A stretch of 60,429 bases of DNA, from assembly GCA_036574215.1 (NCBI GenBank), contig JAINCR010000077.1, positions 1 to 60,429 of the forward strand. Reading direction: 5' to 3'. The position numbers and the translations under genes are program-made. Positions 18,972-29,206 of this stretch are shown here, piece by piece. This stretch comes from Caldisericaceae bacterium. Its GTDB lineage: Bacteria; Caldisericota; Caldisericia; Caldisericales; Caldisericaceae. Numbering within the stretch: the first letter of the stretch is position 1; each line of letters begins with the position of its first letter. Under the pieces are notes generated by a model. It was given only the letters and a program-made list of their open reading frames with translations. It did not search any database and was not told the origin of the DNA.

Positions 18972-20126
18972 ATGAAAAAACTTTTGGTAGTACTTTTAGT
19001 GGTTGGTTTTGTTGTCTCTCTTTTTGCGGGTTGTAAACCAGCAGCCCAACAACCAGCGAAGATCAAAATTGGTCTTGTTACAGACGTGGGTGGTAGAGGA
19101 GATAGATCATTCAACGATTCAGCTCTCCGTGGTCTTGAAACTTGGGCTGCAAAAGTGGAGTATGTGCAAGGTGGCGGATATAAACCGCTTTCTGATGAAG
19201 CGTTCAACGCAAGCATTCCAGATGACCTTAAAGACAAGGGGATTTCACCTCTTAACGTTGAACCAATTGTCCTTGAATCAAAGGCAAAAGAGGATTATAT
19301 CCCTAACATCCAAGCACTTGTTGAACAAGAACATTGTGATTTAGTTATTGGTGTTGGCTTTATGTTGGCAGGTGCCATTGGTGAATCTGCAAAGAAATAT
19401 CCAGATACCAAATTTATGCTTATCGATTCAACACCTGTAGATGAAAATGGTAATACAGTTGATCTTCCAAATGTTGTATCTTACCTCTTTGCAGAACAAG
19501 AATGCGGCTTCTTAGTTGGAGCAATTGCAGGTTATGCAACAACGGCTAATAAAGTGGGTTATATTGGTGGCATGGCAATTCCGCCTGTATTGAGGTATGA
19601 AGCAGGCTTTAGGGCTGGTGTAAAAACAACAAATCCAAATGCAAGCGTTATTGGTCAGTATACTAACTCCTTTGTAGATGCATCTTTAGGAAAGAGCACT
19701 GCAGTTTCTCAAATGGCACTTGGTGCAGATGTGCTCTTCCATGCAGCTGGTGCAACAGGCAATGGTATGTTCCAAGCAATTTGTGAGAAGGGTGCACCTT
19801 ACTGGGGTATTGGTGTTGACGTAGATATGGGTCTTGATCCAAACCTTTGCCCAGATAGAACCCTTACTTCCGCATTAAAGCATGTTGACTATGCAACATA
19901 CGAAGCAATTAAGTCAGTTGTTGATGGAACATTCAAGGGTGGAGTTATTACTTTAACACTTAAAGACGGTGGTGTAGGTTATGCGCCTGACCACGTAAAA
20001 GATGTTTTAACAGCCGACCAGATTTCAAAGATTGAAAATCTAAAGTCTATGATTATTAACGGCACATTTACTGTCCCAACAGATCCTAAGGAAGTAGAAA
20101 CCTGGACTCCACCAGCAAACTTCTAA
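18972..20126 (+). CDS. BMP-family nucleoside ABC substrate-binding lipoprotein
   Basis: FAGC lipobox, GDRSFND, GIGVDVD, TSALKHVD. Confidence 0.9.
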   Translation: MKKLLVVLLVVGFVVSLFAGCKPAAQQPAKIKIGLVTDVGGRGDRSFNDSALRGLETWAAKVEYVQGGGYKPLSDEAFNASIPDDLKDKGISPLNVEPIVLESKAKEDYIPNIQALVEQEHCDLVIGVGFMLAGAIGESAKKYPDTKFMLIDSTPVDENGNTVDLPNVVSYLFAEQECGFLVGAIAGYATTANKVGYIGGMAIPPVLRYEAGFRAGVKTTNPNASVIGQYTNSFVDASLGKSTAVSQMALGADVLFHAAGATGNGMFQAICEKGAPYWGIGVDVDMGLDPNLCPDRTLTSALKHVDYATYEAIKSVVDGTFKGGVITLTLKDGGVGYAPDHVKDVLTADQISKIENLKSMIINGTFTVPTDPKEVETWTPPANF

Positions 20127-20141
20127 CTTAATTGATTAAAA

Positions 20142-20168
20142 GGGCGGGGTTGCCCGCCCACATTTTTT
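20142..20168 (+). terminator. Intra-operon stem-loop or weak terminator after the BMP gene
   Basis: GGGCGGG-gttg-CCCGCCC followed by acatttttt. Confidence 0.65.
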
Positions 20169-20184
20169 ATATGTGGAGGAAGAA

Positions 20185-21702
20185 GTGGAAGCACTATCAG
20201 TTAAAAACATAGTAAAAAGATTTCCGAACGTCCTTGCAAATGACAACGTTAGTTTATCAGTAGAAAAAGGAGAAATTTTTGCAATTGTTGGTGAAAACGG
20301 TGCAGGTAAATCAACGTTGATGAAAATTATCTATGGCCTTTATCTACCTGATAGTGGTGAAATATACGTTAACGGAGAAAAAGCTAACATAAAGCATTCA
20401 AGAGATGCCATAAACCTTAAAATTGGAATGGTGCATCAAGAGTTTATGCTCATTCCAAGATTTACAGTTACTGAGAATATCGTCCTTGGTGATGAACCAA
20501 GAAAGTTTGGTTTTGTTTTTGACTATAAACAAGCAGTTAAAGAGGTAGAAGAACTTTCTAATAGATTTGCACTTGTTGTTGACTCAACTGAAAAAGTGGA
20601 AAATTTACCAGTTGGGATTCAGCAAAGAGTTGAAATCCTCAAAATTTTAAGAAGAGGCGCTGAAATTCTCATATTTGACGAGCCAACAGCAGTTCTTACA
20701 CCAGAGGAAACTGAAGAACTTTTTAAGACTTTAAGAAAACTAAAAGAAGCTAATAAAACGATTATTTTTATTTCGCACAAATTAAGTGAAGTTATGGAGA
20801 TAGCAGATAGAATTGCAGTGATGAGAAGAGGCAGGCTTCAAGGAATAGTTAAGAAGACAGAAACTAACGAAAAAGAACTTGCCAAAATGATGGTAGGACG
20901 TGATGTTGTTCTTGAAATCCAAAAAGTGAAAGCTGAGTTAGGGGATGTTGTTTTCAAAGTAGAAGATCTCACAGTAAAAAATCAAAGAGGAATTGTTGCT
21001 TTAAAGGATTGTAGTTTTGATGTAAGAGCAGGAGAAATCGTTGCAATCGCAGGCGTTGAAGGGAACGGGCAAGCAGAACTTGTAAATGCAATGCTTGGTT
21101 TCTTAAGGCCAGCAAAAGGATCAATTACTATTAATGGAAACGAAATGAAGTTTGTAACTCCTTATGATATAAGAAAAAAGGGCTTTGCCTACATTACTGA
21201 AGATAGGAAGAGGAGAGGTTTAATTTTACAATACAGAGCAAGAGAGAATATAATTTTAGGAAATCACACTCTATATCCTTTTTCAAATAAAGGTATTCTT
21301 AATGATAATGCAATTGATGAATACACAACAAGAAAGTTAGAGGAGTTTGATATTAGACCAAGAGAAGCCTATATGAAAGCTCAGAACTTTTCTGGAGGTA
21401 ACCAACAAAAAATTATACTTGCAAGAGAACTTTCATCAGAGCATAAATTCCTCCTTGCATCCCAACCTACAAGAGGGCTTGATGTTGGTGCAACAGAATT
21501 CGTCTATAAGTGGCTAATCGAAGAAAAGAAAAAAGGTATTGGAATACTCTTAATTTCTCTTGAGCTTTCCGAGGTTATGGGGCTTGCCGATAGAATTCTT
21601 GTGCTTTATAAAGGAGAAATAGTTGGTGTTACTACTCCCGAAGAAACAAACGAAGAAGAACTTGGTCTTATGATGCTTGGCCTTAAGAGGAAGGTGGCAT
21701 AA
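20185..21702 (+). CDS. Nucleoside/sugar (CUT2-type) ABC ATPase with two NBDs
   Basis: GENGAGKST, FSGGNQQK, PTRGLDVGA; GTG at 20185 has a GGAGG RBS (the track starts at 20173). Confidence 0.92.
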   Translation: MEALSVKNIVKRFPNVLANDNVSLSVEKGEIFAIVGENGAGKSTLMKIIYGLYLPDSGEIYVNGEKANIKHSRDAINLKIGMVHQEFMLIPRFTVTENIVLGDEPRKFGFVFDYKQAVKEVEELSNRFALVVDSTEKVENLPVGIQQRVEILKILRRGAEILIFDEPTAVLTPEETEELFKTLRKLKEANKTIIFISHKLSEVMEIADRIAVMRRGRLQGIVKKTETNEKELAKMMVGRDVVLEIQKVKAELGDVVFKVEDLTVKNQRGIVALKDCSFDVRAGEIVAIAGVEGNGQAELVNAMLGFLRPAKGSITINGNEMKFVTPYDIRKKGFAYITEDRKRRGLILQYRARENIILGNHTLYPFSNKGILNDNAIDEYTTRKLEEFDIRPREAYMKAQNFSGGNQQKIILARELSSEHKFLLASQPTRGLDVGATEFVYKWLIEEKKKGIGILLISLELSEVMGLADRILVLYKGEIVGVTTPEETNEEELGLMMLGLKRKVA

Positions 21703-22829
21703 TGAAAGAGGTTTTTTATAGAATATTTGTAAAAAGACAAGAAAAATACTGGTGGATGAATATTCTTGTTCCTGTTGTATCGATCTTTATTGCTCTTATC
21801 GTCGGGGCAATATTTATTGCTTCAACCGGAAGAAATCCATTTTTAGCTTACAAATACCTTTTTGGTTCATCTGGTCTTATACCAGGTCCGTATTTTAAGA
21901 GTCATTTTTCAGAAATGCTTATTGCCTCTTCCATGTTTATTGCAACTGGCCTTGCCTTTGCAATACCTGCAAGAGCTGGCTTGTTTTCAATTGGTGCTGA
22001 AGGACAGTTTATTGTAGGTGCAATTACAGCAGCATTTTTTGGTTATTATAAGCCATTAGCAAATTTGCCAACAATCATTCACCTTCCGATTGTTCTTCTA
22101 ATGGTTATTATCGTAGGTGGTTTATGGGGACTTATTGCAGGATATTTAAAAGCTAAAAAGGGTATTAACGAAACAATTGTAACGATTATGCTTAACTGGA
22201 TTGCTTTCCATCTTATCGAAGGGTGGCTTGTAACTGGTCCAATGAAAGCAGATGTTGCAACAGGAGTGTCTGGAACACCCTACGTAAGTCCAACGGCAAA
22301 ACTCCCAATAATATTAAGTGGCACAAGATTGAATATTAGTATATTAATCATGTTGTTTTTGGTTTATGCTGTTTGGTTTTTGCTCTACAGAACAGTTTTT
22401 GGTTATGAATTAAGAGCAATGGGTTATACTGCAATAACTAATATGGAAGCACCCAAAATCGGTGGGGTAAATACCGAAAAAAGGATCATGCAAATTATGT
22501 TTATTTCTGGTGCAATTGCTGCTTTGGGAGGGTCTTTTATTACACTTGGTGTCTTATTCCAATATCCACCTGTATTTGAAGGAGGATACGGATTTGATGG
22601 TATTGCTGTTGCACTCATTGGAGGCAATGAGCCAGTTGGAATACTTTTATCGGGTATTCTTATTGGTGCTTTGAGGACTGGTGCAACATCGGTGCAACTT
22701 GTGAAAATTCCTAAAACTTTTCCTGCAATCATAGAGGGTCTTATTGTAGTATTTATTGCCCTTCATGAACTAATAAGATACCTTTTGGTTAAAGCAATAA
22801 CCAAGAAGAAAGAAGGTGTTTCGGTATGA
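21702..22829 (+). CDS. Nucleoside ABC permease 1
   Basis: FSIGAEGQ, GFDGIAVAL; multiple TM segments. Confidence 0.9.
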   Translation: MKEVFYRIFVKRQEKYWWMNILVPVVSIFIALIVGAIFIASTGRNPFLAYKYLFGSSGLIPGPYFKSHFSEMLIASSMFIATGLAFAIPARAGLFSIGAEGQFIVGAITAAFFGYYKPLANLPTIIHLPIVLLMVIIVGGLWGLIAGYLKAKKGINETIVTIMLNWIAFHLIEGWLVTGPMKADVATGVSGTPYVSPTAKLPIILSGTRLNISILIMLFLVYAVWFLLYRTVFGYELRAMGYTAITNMEAPKIGGVNTEKRIMQIMFISGAIAALGGSFITLGVLFQYPPVFEGGYGFDGIAVALIGGNEPVGILLSGILIGALRTGATSVQLVKIPKTFPAIIEGLIVVFIALHELIRYLLVKAITKKKEGVSV

Positions 22830-23779
22830 ACTGGACTTATCTAATAAACGAATCTTTAAAGCAGATGCTTGATTTTGCTGCCCCAATCCTCTTTGCTGCT
22901 CTTGGGGGTGTTATATCTGAGAATTCTGGAGTTGTAAATATTGCTCTCGAAGGAATTATGCGTTTTGCAGCATTTTTTGGTGTTTGGGGTGCCTTTAACT
23001 CAGGTAATCCTTGGGTAGGCTTAATGTGGGGCGTTCTTATAGGCGCACTGCTTGGTGCATTCCATGCATATATAACTGTGAAATGGGCAGGAGACCAAAT
23101 TGTTTCTGGTGTTGCAATAAACGTCATTGCAACAGCAATGATTACATACTTCCTTGAGTGGATTTTCAAAACAACTGGTTATTCACCTACTGTTGCATAT
23201 TTCGGCAGTTCTAAATATCTTGTTAATATTAACTTTATTGAGAATATCCCCGTATTGGGGGCATTTTCACATTTACACATTCTTATTTGGATTTCTTTAA
23301 TTCTTGTCTTTGTATTACACTTCTTTTTGTATCATACGGTCTTAGGTTTAAGAATTAGGTCCGTTGGAGAATATCCTCTTGCTGCGGAAACACTTGGTGT
23401 TGATGTATTAAAAATAAAATGGATTGCCGTTATACTCGGAAGTGTTATTGCAGCTCTTGGAGGTGTTTCACTTTCTCTTGGCACAATGTCTTCGTTTACA
23501 AATTCGATGCCATCTGGTAAAGGTTTCATTGGCCTTGCTGCAATGATATTCGGTAAATGGACACCTATTGGAGCAATGCTAGCATCATTTCTATTTGCTT
23601 CTGCACAAGTTTTGCAATTTTTACTCCAGGCAATTGCAAAAGGAATTGCCGCTAAAATCCCAGTAGGATTTTATCTTGCCTTACCTTATATTCTTACAAT
23701 CGGCGCTTTGGTGGGTGTTGTTGGAAAGGCAGTTGCCCCTGCAGCAGACGGAGTTCCTTATAAGAAGGAAGAAAGTTAG
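22826..23779 (+). CDS. Nucleoside ABC permease 2
   Basis: SENSGVVNIALEG, GFIGLAAMIFGKW, LPYILT. Confidence 0.9.
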   Translation: MNWTYLINESLKQMLDFAAPILFAALGGVISENSGVVNIALEGIMRFAAFFGVWGAFNSGNPWVGLMWGVLIGALLGAFHAYITVKWAGDQIVSGVAINVIATAMITYFLEWIFKTTGYSPTVAYFGSSKYLVNINFIENIPVLGAFSHLHILIWISLILVFVLHFFLYHTVLGLRIRSVGEYPLAAETLGVDVLKIKWIAVILGSVIAALGGVSLSLGTMSSFTNSMPSGKGFIGLAAMIFGKWTPIGAMLASFLFASAQVLQFLLQAIAKGIAAKIPVGFYLALPYILTIGALVGVVGKAVAPAADGVPYKKEES

Positions 23780-23823
23780 TGTAATTTTATTTTTCTTGTA
23801 TTAATAGAGGGTAAATAGCCTAA

Positions 23824-23853
23824 TATTTGAGGGGGATTTATCCCCCTCAAATA
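23824..23853. terminator. 13-bp perfect hairpin between convergent genes; member of the TTGAGGGG..CCCCTCAA family
   Basis: tatttgaggggga-ttta-tccccctcaaata. Confidence 0.7.
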
Positions 23854-23969
23854 ACTTGACAGTTACAGAAAATTGACTACAAAAAAACATCTTTTAGTGA
23901 TTAAAGTCTTGATTAATTAAAGTTTGTTTAATTTATTTACTTTTAGTCATTAAACATATTTTCTTTTAA

Positions 23970-26795
23970 CTATCCACCATATGAAATCGTTATAGTCATT
24001 GTATCCTCATCCCAATTAACTATACATCCAAGCGATTCTGCAATAAAGCGTAGAGGCAACATTGTTCTTCCGTTGACAATGATAGGTTTTACGCTGTGGT
24101 TGTCTAAATCAATCCATTTCATTACGCCGTTTACTATTGCCTGTGGTTTATCTACCCAAACTTTAATTACACTATCTTTAAACTTTATTGTAACTTCCCT
24201 TTCCTCTGCATCCCACTCTGTTATCCCACCCAATGCTTCTACTATCGCTCTAATTGGCACAACAGTTCTACCCCATTCTTTTATAATCACAGGTGTAGTC
24301 CCCCTACCTGGATCAATTTCTTCTGAAGTGCCGTTTACAGTCATTATTGGGTTATTTGGTTTAAGAGTTATAATAACCTTTGGCTGATAATTTACAGCAA
24401 TTCTAAAAGTTGATTTGTTTCCTGCTTTATCTTCTGCGATAATTATTATCGTATTTTCTCCTTTGTGGAGTTTGATTGTTTTATTGAATGTGCCGTCAGA
24501 ACTTATTGATACGTTATCCCCATTTATAGTCAACTTACTTACAGAAGATTGATTATCCAAAACTTTACCTAAAACTATTACCGTATCCTCATTTACTATT
24601 TTAGAGTCATTGGGGGTTTCAACCGTAATTGTTGGAGGCACAGTATCTTTTATCTCTACTTTCAACTCATTTGAAGAAATAGAGTAATTAGGTGGTGATT
24701 GGTTATCATAGGCTTTAACTACATAATAGTATGTTTTATTAAACTCCAAGTTCTTGTCAATGTAGGTGGTGGTATTGGCGTTAACAGTTACTATTGGTTG
24801 AGAAAGGTCTTCTTTACCTTGCTCTGTTGTTCTATATATTGCATAACCTGATATTGGAAAACTTCCCTTTGTGGAAGGATCCCAACTTAAAATAACAGAA
24901 GAATTATAGACCTTTGCTTTGAGGTTTTGTGGAGAAGATGGGTTAGTATTCAAAAAGAATTTAGATAAGACCCAACTTAAATTAGCTGAAGATGTATTTG
25001 GGCTACCGAATTCAGTCCCCACTTCTACATCTTCTAAGTAAAGGGAATTATAATCATTGGGTATGACAATATTCTTTACTTCATTTATAAATGGAAGAAA
25101 AGGAATCCTAATTTCTCCTGCTTTTATAGGATCTTTTATTTTAAAGGCTATATACTTCCAACCTATGTATCCCTGCCAAATTTCAAAAGTAGCGTCCACA
25201 TATTTTCCATTAACTATTATTGGAACGGATATCTCACTAATTTTAGATCCAGCAGGTTGTAAGTAATCGTAGTATAACCATACCATTATTTCTACTTCAT
25301 CAGAGTAAATTCCAGTTGATCGCCATTTATCTTTTGTTAACCATGAGTCTAACGAAAGATTAACAGGAAGACCCTTAGCATGTTGTATATCATAATTCAG
25401 TGTAATTGAGAAATTGTTGAGGTTGCCTACTTTTTCTGGCAATAATACTTCACCATCAGTTGCTCTATTTCCATTCCACGGCTTATTTCCGTAATATACT
25501 TCTGGATAACCTAAAACCCATCCTTTAGGATCTTTTATCACTATGTTGCTTAAGTTTTGTGAATAACTAAACTTCCCTGTATTATTATCGTAAACCATTG
25601 AAGCCTTACCATAAGCGCTCTTTATGTTCCATGCATTTATTTCCATATAATAATCAGCAATTCCGTTATTGTTTCTGTCTATTTTAGCTATTGGCCATTC
25701 CTCCTCTGGGTATGAAATTGATATAATTTCTTTTGATGAATTTGGGTTTACTCCACCTCCATTACTTTTTACATCAAGTGCATTAGCAATGTATCTTGTA
25801 AAATTTGCAAATCCTGAATCATCCCAAGTGGTAGTGTCACTTCCCCATGTATTATCTCTCCATACCCAAAAATGATAAGCAGCCTTTTGTAATTCTGATA
25901 TGTGTTTTTTAATCTCTAAGCTATTTTCTTTAACAGAGTGTATTAGTATTGCCTTTCTATGTGGATCAATTTCATCCATAACGCGAGATAAAGTAGGATA
26001 ACCTGCACTCTCATAAATGATACCTATATCATAGGCGTTGTTTGTAAAATATGAGTTATTTTCTTGTTTTACTCCAGGGTTTCCTATAACAGGATACAGC
26101 CCTTTTTTATGAGCATGGTTTGTTAGAGTTATATAGTATTGTAAGGCTTTTATTCCATTTTCCCCTGTTACTTTCCATGGTAATTCATCAAGGAAAACTC
26201 CATCAATTTCTGGGTAAAATTTTAGCCAAGTATCTATATCATTTTCAACTTCGGATATTGTTCTTCCAGGAACAGTAGGATTATCGGGATTATAAACAGA
26301 ATATTTTGTGCTAACGTATCCTACAACGACAGCACCTTCCCTATGAAGCCATTCAATTGCTCGTGTATAATTTTCATCTTGTGTTGTTCCTGGCCCACTA
26401 TCGGGATTTACTATAACTATCTTTGCAATATCAGGATACTCTTTTAAAGCATCAATCAACTGCCTAAACCACCAACCTTTTTCGTTGTAATTTGGAACCC
26501 CGTCATTGTTTGAGTCCTCATTAAAATTTGGATAAGCATACATTGGAATTAACACTCCGGGCGCTTTCACCGAAGAGGGTTGTAGTTCTGTCTTACCTTT
26601 AACACTTTTTATGTTTAGTGGATTTATTTCCATAACATATTCATGGAGTTCGTTATCATTTCTTTCTATCCTGGTTGTAGGGAGACTTTCTTTTGTGTGT
26701 GATGCCATAAATTGCTCTTCTTTGACTAAATAAAGTAGTATATTATTAAGTAAAAGAACAATAAGAAGAAGTAAAATTTTTAAACTTTTTTTCAT
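23970..26795 (-). CDS. Secreted multidomain glycoside hydrolase: spherulin-4/GH135 + GH12 + FN3 + Ig-like + copper-amine-oxidase N-terminal anchor
   Basis: IPMYAYP, VNPDSGPG, VVGYV, DGVFLDE, NPG (spherulin-4); EINAWN, GYPEVYYGNKPW, EIMVW, VEVGTEFG (GH12); LSWDP..GYAIYR..YYYVVKAYD (FN3); GRTVVPIRAIVEALG and GRTMLPLRFIAESLG (Cu-amine-oxidase N). Confidence 0.82.
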   Translation of the reverse strand: MKKSLKILLLLIVLLLNNILLYLVKEEQFMASHTKESLPTTRIERNDNELHEYVMEINPLNIKSVKGKTELQPSSVKAPGVLIPMYAYPNFNEDSNNDGVPNYNEKGWWFRQLIDALKEYPDIAKIVIVNPDSGPGTTQDENYTRAIEWLHREGAVVVGYVSTKYSVYNPDNPTVPGRTISEVENDIDTWLKFYPEIDGVFLDELPWKVTGENGIKALQYYITLTNHAHKKGLYPVIGNPGVKQENNSYFTNNAYDIGIIYESAGYPTLSRVMDEIDPHRKAILIHSVKENSLEIKKHISELQKAAYHFWVWRDNTWGSDTTTWDDSGFANFTRYIANALDVKSNGGGVNPNSSKEIISISYPEEEWPIAKIDRNNNGIADYYMEINAWNIKSAYGKASMVYDNNTGKFSYSQNLSNIVIKDPKGWVLGYPEVYYGNKPWNGNRATDGEVLLPEKVGNLNNFSITLNYDIQHAKGLPVNLSLDSWLTKDKWRSTGIYSDEVEIMVWLYYDYLQPAGSKISEISVPIIVNGKYVDATFEIWQGYIGWKYIAFKIKDPIKAGEIRIPFLPFINEVKNIVIPNDYNSLYLEDVEVGTEFGSPNTSSANLSWVLSKFFLNTNPSSPQNLKAKVYNSSVILSWDPSTKGSFPISGYAIYRTTEQGKEDLSQPIVTVNANTTTYIDKNLEFNKTYYYVVKAYDNQSPPNYSISSNELKVEIKDTVPPTITVETPNDSKIVNEDTVIVLGKVLDNQSSVSKLTINGDNVSISSDGTFNKTIKLHKGENTIIIIAEDKAGNKSTFRIAVNYQPKVIITLKPNNPIMTVNGTSEEIDPGRGTTPVIIKEWGRTVVPIRAIVEALGGITEWDAEEREVTIKFKDSVIKVWVDKPQAIVNGVMKWIDLDNHSVKPIIVNGRTMLPLRFIAESLGCIVNWDEDTMTITISYGG

Positions 26796-26966
26796 TCAAA
26801 ACCTCCTTACTTATTACCTATGTGCTAATAAAATTGTATAAATAAAAATAGTCTTTTTATTCTTGTTTTTGCATTATAGTAAACAAAAATAATTTGTCAA
26901 TCTCTACAACTTTTTGTTTGAGTATACGGGGTGAAACTATTACATTGCCTTGAGAAATTTTTAATT

Positions 26967-27003
26967 AGTTTACACTGAGCAAAGCAAATGCACTTGGGTT
27001 GAC
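26967..27003 (+). repeat. Degenerate REP-like unit
   Basis: agtttacactgagcaaagcaaatgcacttgggttgac versus agtttacactgagcgaagcgaacgtgctcaggatgac at 46575 and 52015. Confidence 0.65.
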
Positions 27004-27075
27004 TAAAGAGAGGTAGTGATTAAGGATGCTCTATTTCTTGCAATCTAAGATAGAATCATTAAAACTAAAAAAGTT

Positions 27076-27747
27076 TTACTTTAATAATCTTAAAAACTCT
27101 GCAAATACTTCACCTCTTTTAAGAAAACCCTTATTTTTAAATAAGGAAGAGTTTTTCTTACCATGTAGTAAATCTATAAGTTCTGTTTTGTTTACATAAT
27201 CAAGTGTATTTTCCTTAAACTCACTTTCCCCAAAATCAAGCATATCAAAAAGGATTCTAAAAAAGTCATCAGCTGTTAGCAGGCTATTTACATCAAAATT
27301 ACCTTTTATGCCGTAACCATAAGTTTTTAAAATTACAAGGTAATTAAAAAGATAGTGATTTCTTGAAACCCCTGGATAAATTTCTTTATTAAATACCACA
27401 TAGTAAGACTTTATTAAGAATCTCTTTACTGAATAGTAAGCATTAATGACGAAATTAAAAACCTTATTTACAAAAACATCAATTACATTCTTTTCTTCTA
27501 TTGCAGTGTAAGTAGTTTTAATATAGTTTTTAATGATATATCTTGAAATAAGGGCAACGAGTTCTCCTTGTTTCATTACTCTATTTTCGTGTAGTGATCC
27601 GTCTGCAAAGCCTATAACAAGTCCCATCTTTTTAAGAGTTTCTCCTGAAGTTTCTCCAAAAGATACGGGTTTAGCAAAACTTAGAAAAATCACCAAAGAA
27701 AGAAAACAAACTAAAATCTTTTTCAAAATCATTTTTTTCTTCATCAA
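27076..27747 (-). CDS. Secreted protein with degenerate SLH-like repeats
   Basis: Signal peptide; GLVIGFADGSLHENRVMKQGELVALISR resembles the SLH consensus, with two weaker copies. Confidence 0.55.
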   Translation of the reverse strand: MMKKKMILKKILVCFLSLVIFLSFAKPVSFGETSGETLKKMGLVIGFADGSLHENRVMKQGELVALISRYIIKNYIKTTYTAIEEKNVIDVFVNKVFNFVINAYYSVKRFLIKSYYVVFNKEIYPGVSRNHYLFNYLVILKTYGYGIKGNFDVNSLLTADDFFRILFDMLDFGESEFKENTLDYVNKTELIDLLHGKKNSSLFKNKGFLKRGEVFAEFLRLLK

Positions 27748-27788
27748 ACATATTATACAAATTTTCGAATTTTTGTTAAAATAGCAAT

Positions 27789-28742
27789 ATGAGTTTATTT
27801 TTTATTGTAAACCCTGCTTCAGCACAAGGAAAAGGTAAAAGCGAGTTTGAAAAAGTAAAAGACTTTATTGAAAAAGCTGTTAAAGAGTTAACAATTCTTT
27901 ATACAGAATACCCACTTCATGCGGTAGAACTAACAAAAAAGGCATTGAAAAGTGGTGCAACAAAAATTATAAGTTTTGGTGGAGACGGCACGCATAACGA
28001 AGTGTTAAACGGTTTACTCAAAGGAGCAGAGGAAATTTTTAAAAAGAGTGTTTTTGAATTTAGCCCCAAAGAAAAAGAATTGCTTCCAACTTTGGGTTTT
28101 GTCTCAGTTGGTTCTGGAAATGATTTTAGAAAAACTCTCAAAATCCCAAAAGATACTTTAGAAGCTTTAAAAATTGCCCTTCAAGACCATTACAAGAGTA
28201 TCGATGTTGGTTATTTTGAGTATGAAGATTTTTCTCAAAAACCTTCAAATAGGTTTTTCTTAAATATCTTAAGTGGTGGTTTTTCAGGAGTTGTAACTGA
28301 TAGAGCAAATAAAAATAAAAAATCTATTTTAAGAGGTTTTGTATACTTTTATGCCCTTCTTTCAACGCTTCTATTTATAACGATTCCTGAAGGCATCCTT
28401 ACAATAAAAAATAGGGTAATAAATGGAAAGTTTTTTGAATTCGTCATTGCAAATGGTAAATTCTTCGGTGGCGGTATGCTTATTTCTCCTAAGGCAGATG
28501 TTGAAGATGGTTTACTGAATATCACTTTGTTTAAAGATTATTCTGGATTTGAAATTCTTTTTAAAACTCCTAAACTTTTTAATGGGAGTATTTTAACGGA
28601 GAAAAAACTCTACCATGATTTTGCAAAAGAAATTTTTGTAAAAACAGATCCAAAATCAATTGTTGAGGTAGATGGAGAAGTTGTGGGTTATACTCCAGTA
28701 AAGGCAAGCGTCATAGAAAAGGCAATAAAAGTTGCAATTTAA
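27789..28742 (+). CDS. Diacylglycerol/lipid kinase family (YegS/DagK-like)
   Basis: IVNPAS, GGDGT.NE, GSGNDF, NGKFFGGG, VDGE. Confidence 0.9.
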   Translation: MSLFFIVNPASAQGKGKSEFEKVKDFIEKAVKELTILYTEYPLHAVELTKKALKSGATKIISFGGDGTHNEVLNGLLKGAEEIFKKSVFEFSPKEKELLPTLGFVSVGSGNDFRKTLKIPKDTLEALKIALQDHYKSIDVGYFEYEDFSQKPSNRFFLNILSGGFSGVVTDRANKNKKSILRGFVYFYALLSTLLFITIPEGILTIKNRVINGKFFEFVIANGKFFGGGMLISPKADVEDGLLNITLFKDYSGFEILFKTPKLFNGSILTEKKLYHDFAKEIFVKTDPKSIVEVDGEVVGYTPVKASVIEKAIKVAI

Positions 28743-28795
28743 TAAAACACATACTATAATGTGTTAGAGTTTAAATATTATAAAAGGAGGTTTAT

Positions 28796-29206
28796 ATGGC
28801 AGATTTCTTTGAAAGACTTAAGAAGGGTGCAAAAGAGGCAGGTGAAAAGGCAGTCATCCTCGGCAAAATTGGAGGGATAAAAACTCAAATTACAAACATT
28901 AACTTTAAAAAAGAAGGTGCCTTTAAGGAATTAGGAAAAGCACTTTTTACACATGTTAAAAATGGAGAAATCCAGATCGAATTCCCTCAGGATGTAAAAG
29001 AAGTTATTGAAAACATTACTTCACTTGAAACTGAAGTCGCAAAACTGAACGAAGAAATTGCAAAACTGAATGAAGAACTCAAAAAAGTTGGCGCAACAGA
29101 AGAGGAAGTTAAAAAAGCAAATGAAGAACCACCTGTATCTCAAGGAGAAACTAAAGAAGAAGCTAAAGAAGACACTGCTTCCCAAGAAGCCGAAAAGAAA
29201 GATTAG
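28796..29206 (+). CDS. Hypothetical coiled-coil protein
   Basis: AGGAGG RBS; heptad-like stretch and acidic tail. Confidence 0.7.
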   Translation: MADFFERLKKGAKEAGEKAVILGKIGGIKTQITNINFKKEGAFKELGKALFTHVKNGEIQIEFPQDVKEVIENITSLETEVAKLNEEIAKLNEELKKVGATEEEVKKANEEPPVSQGETKEEAKEDTASQEAEKKD

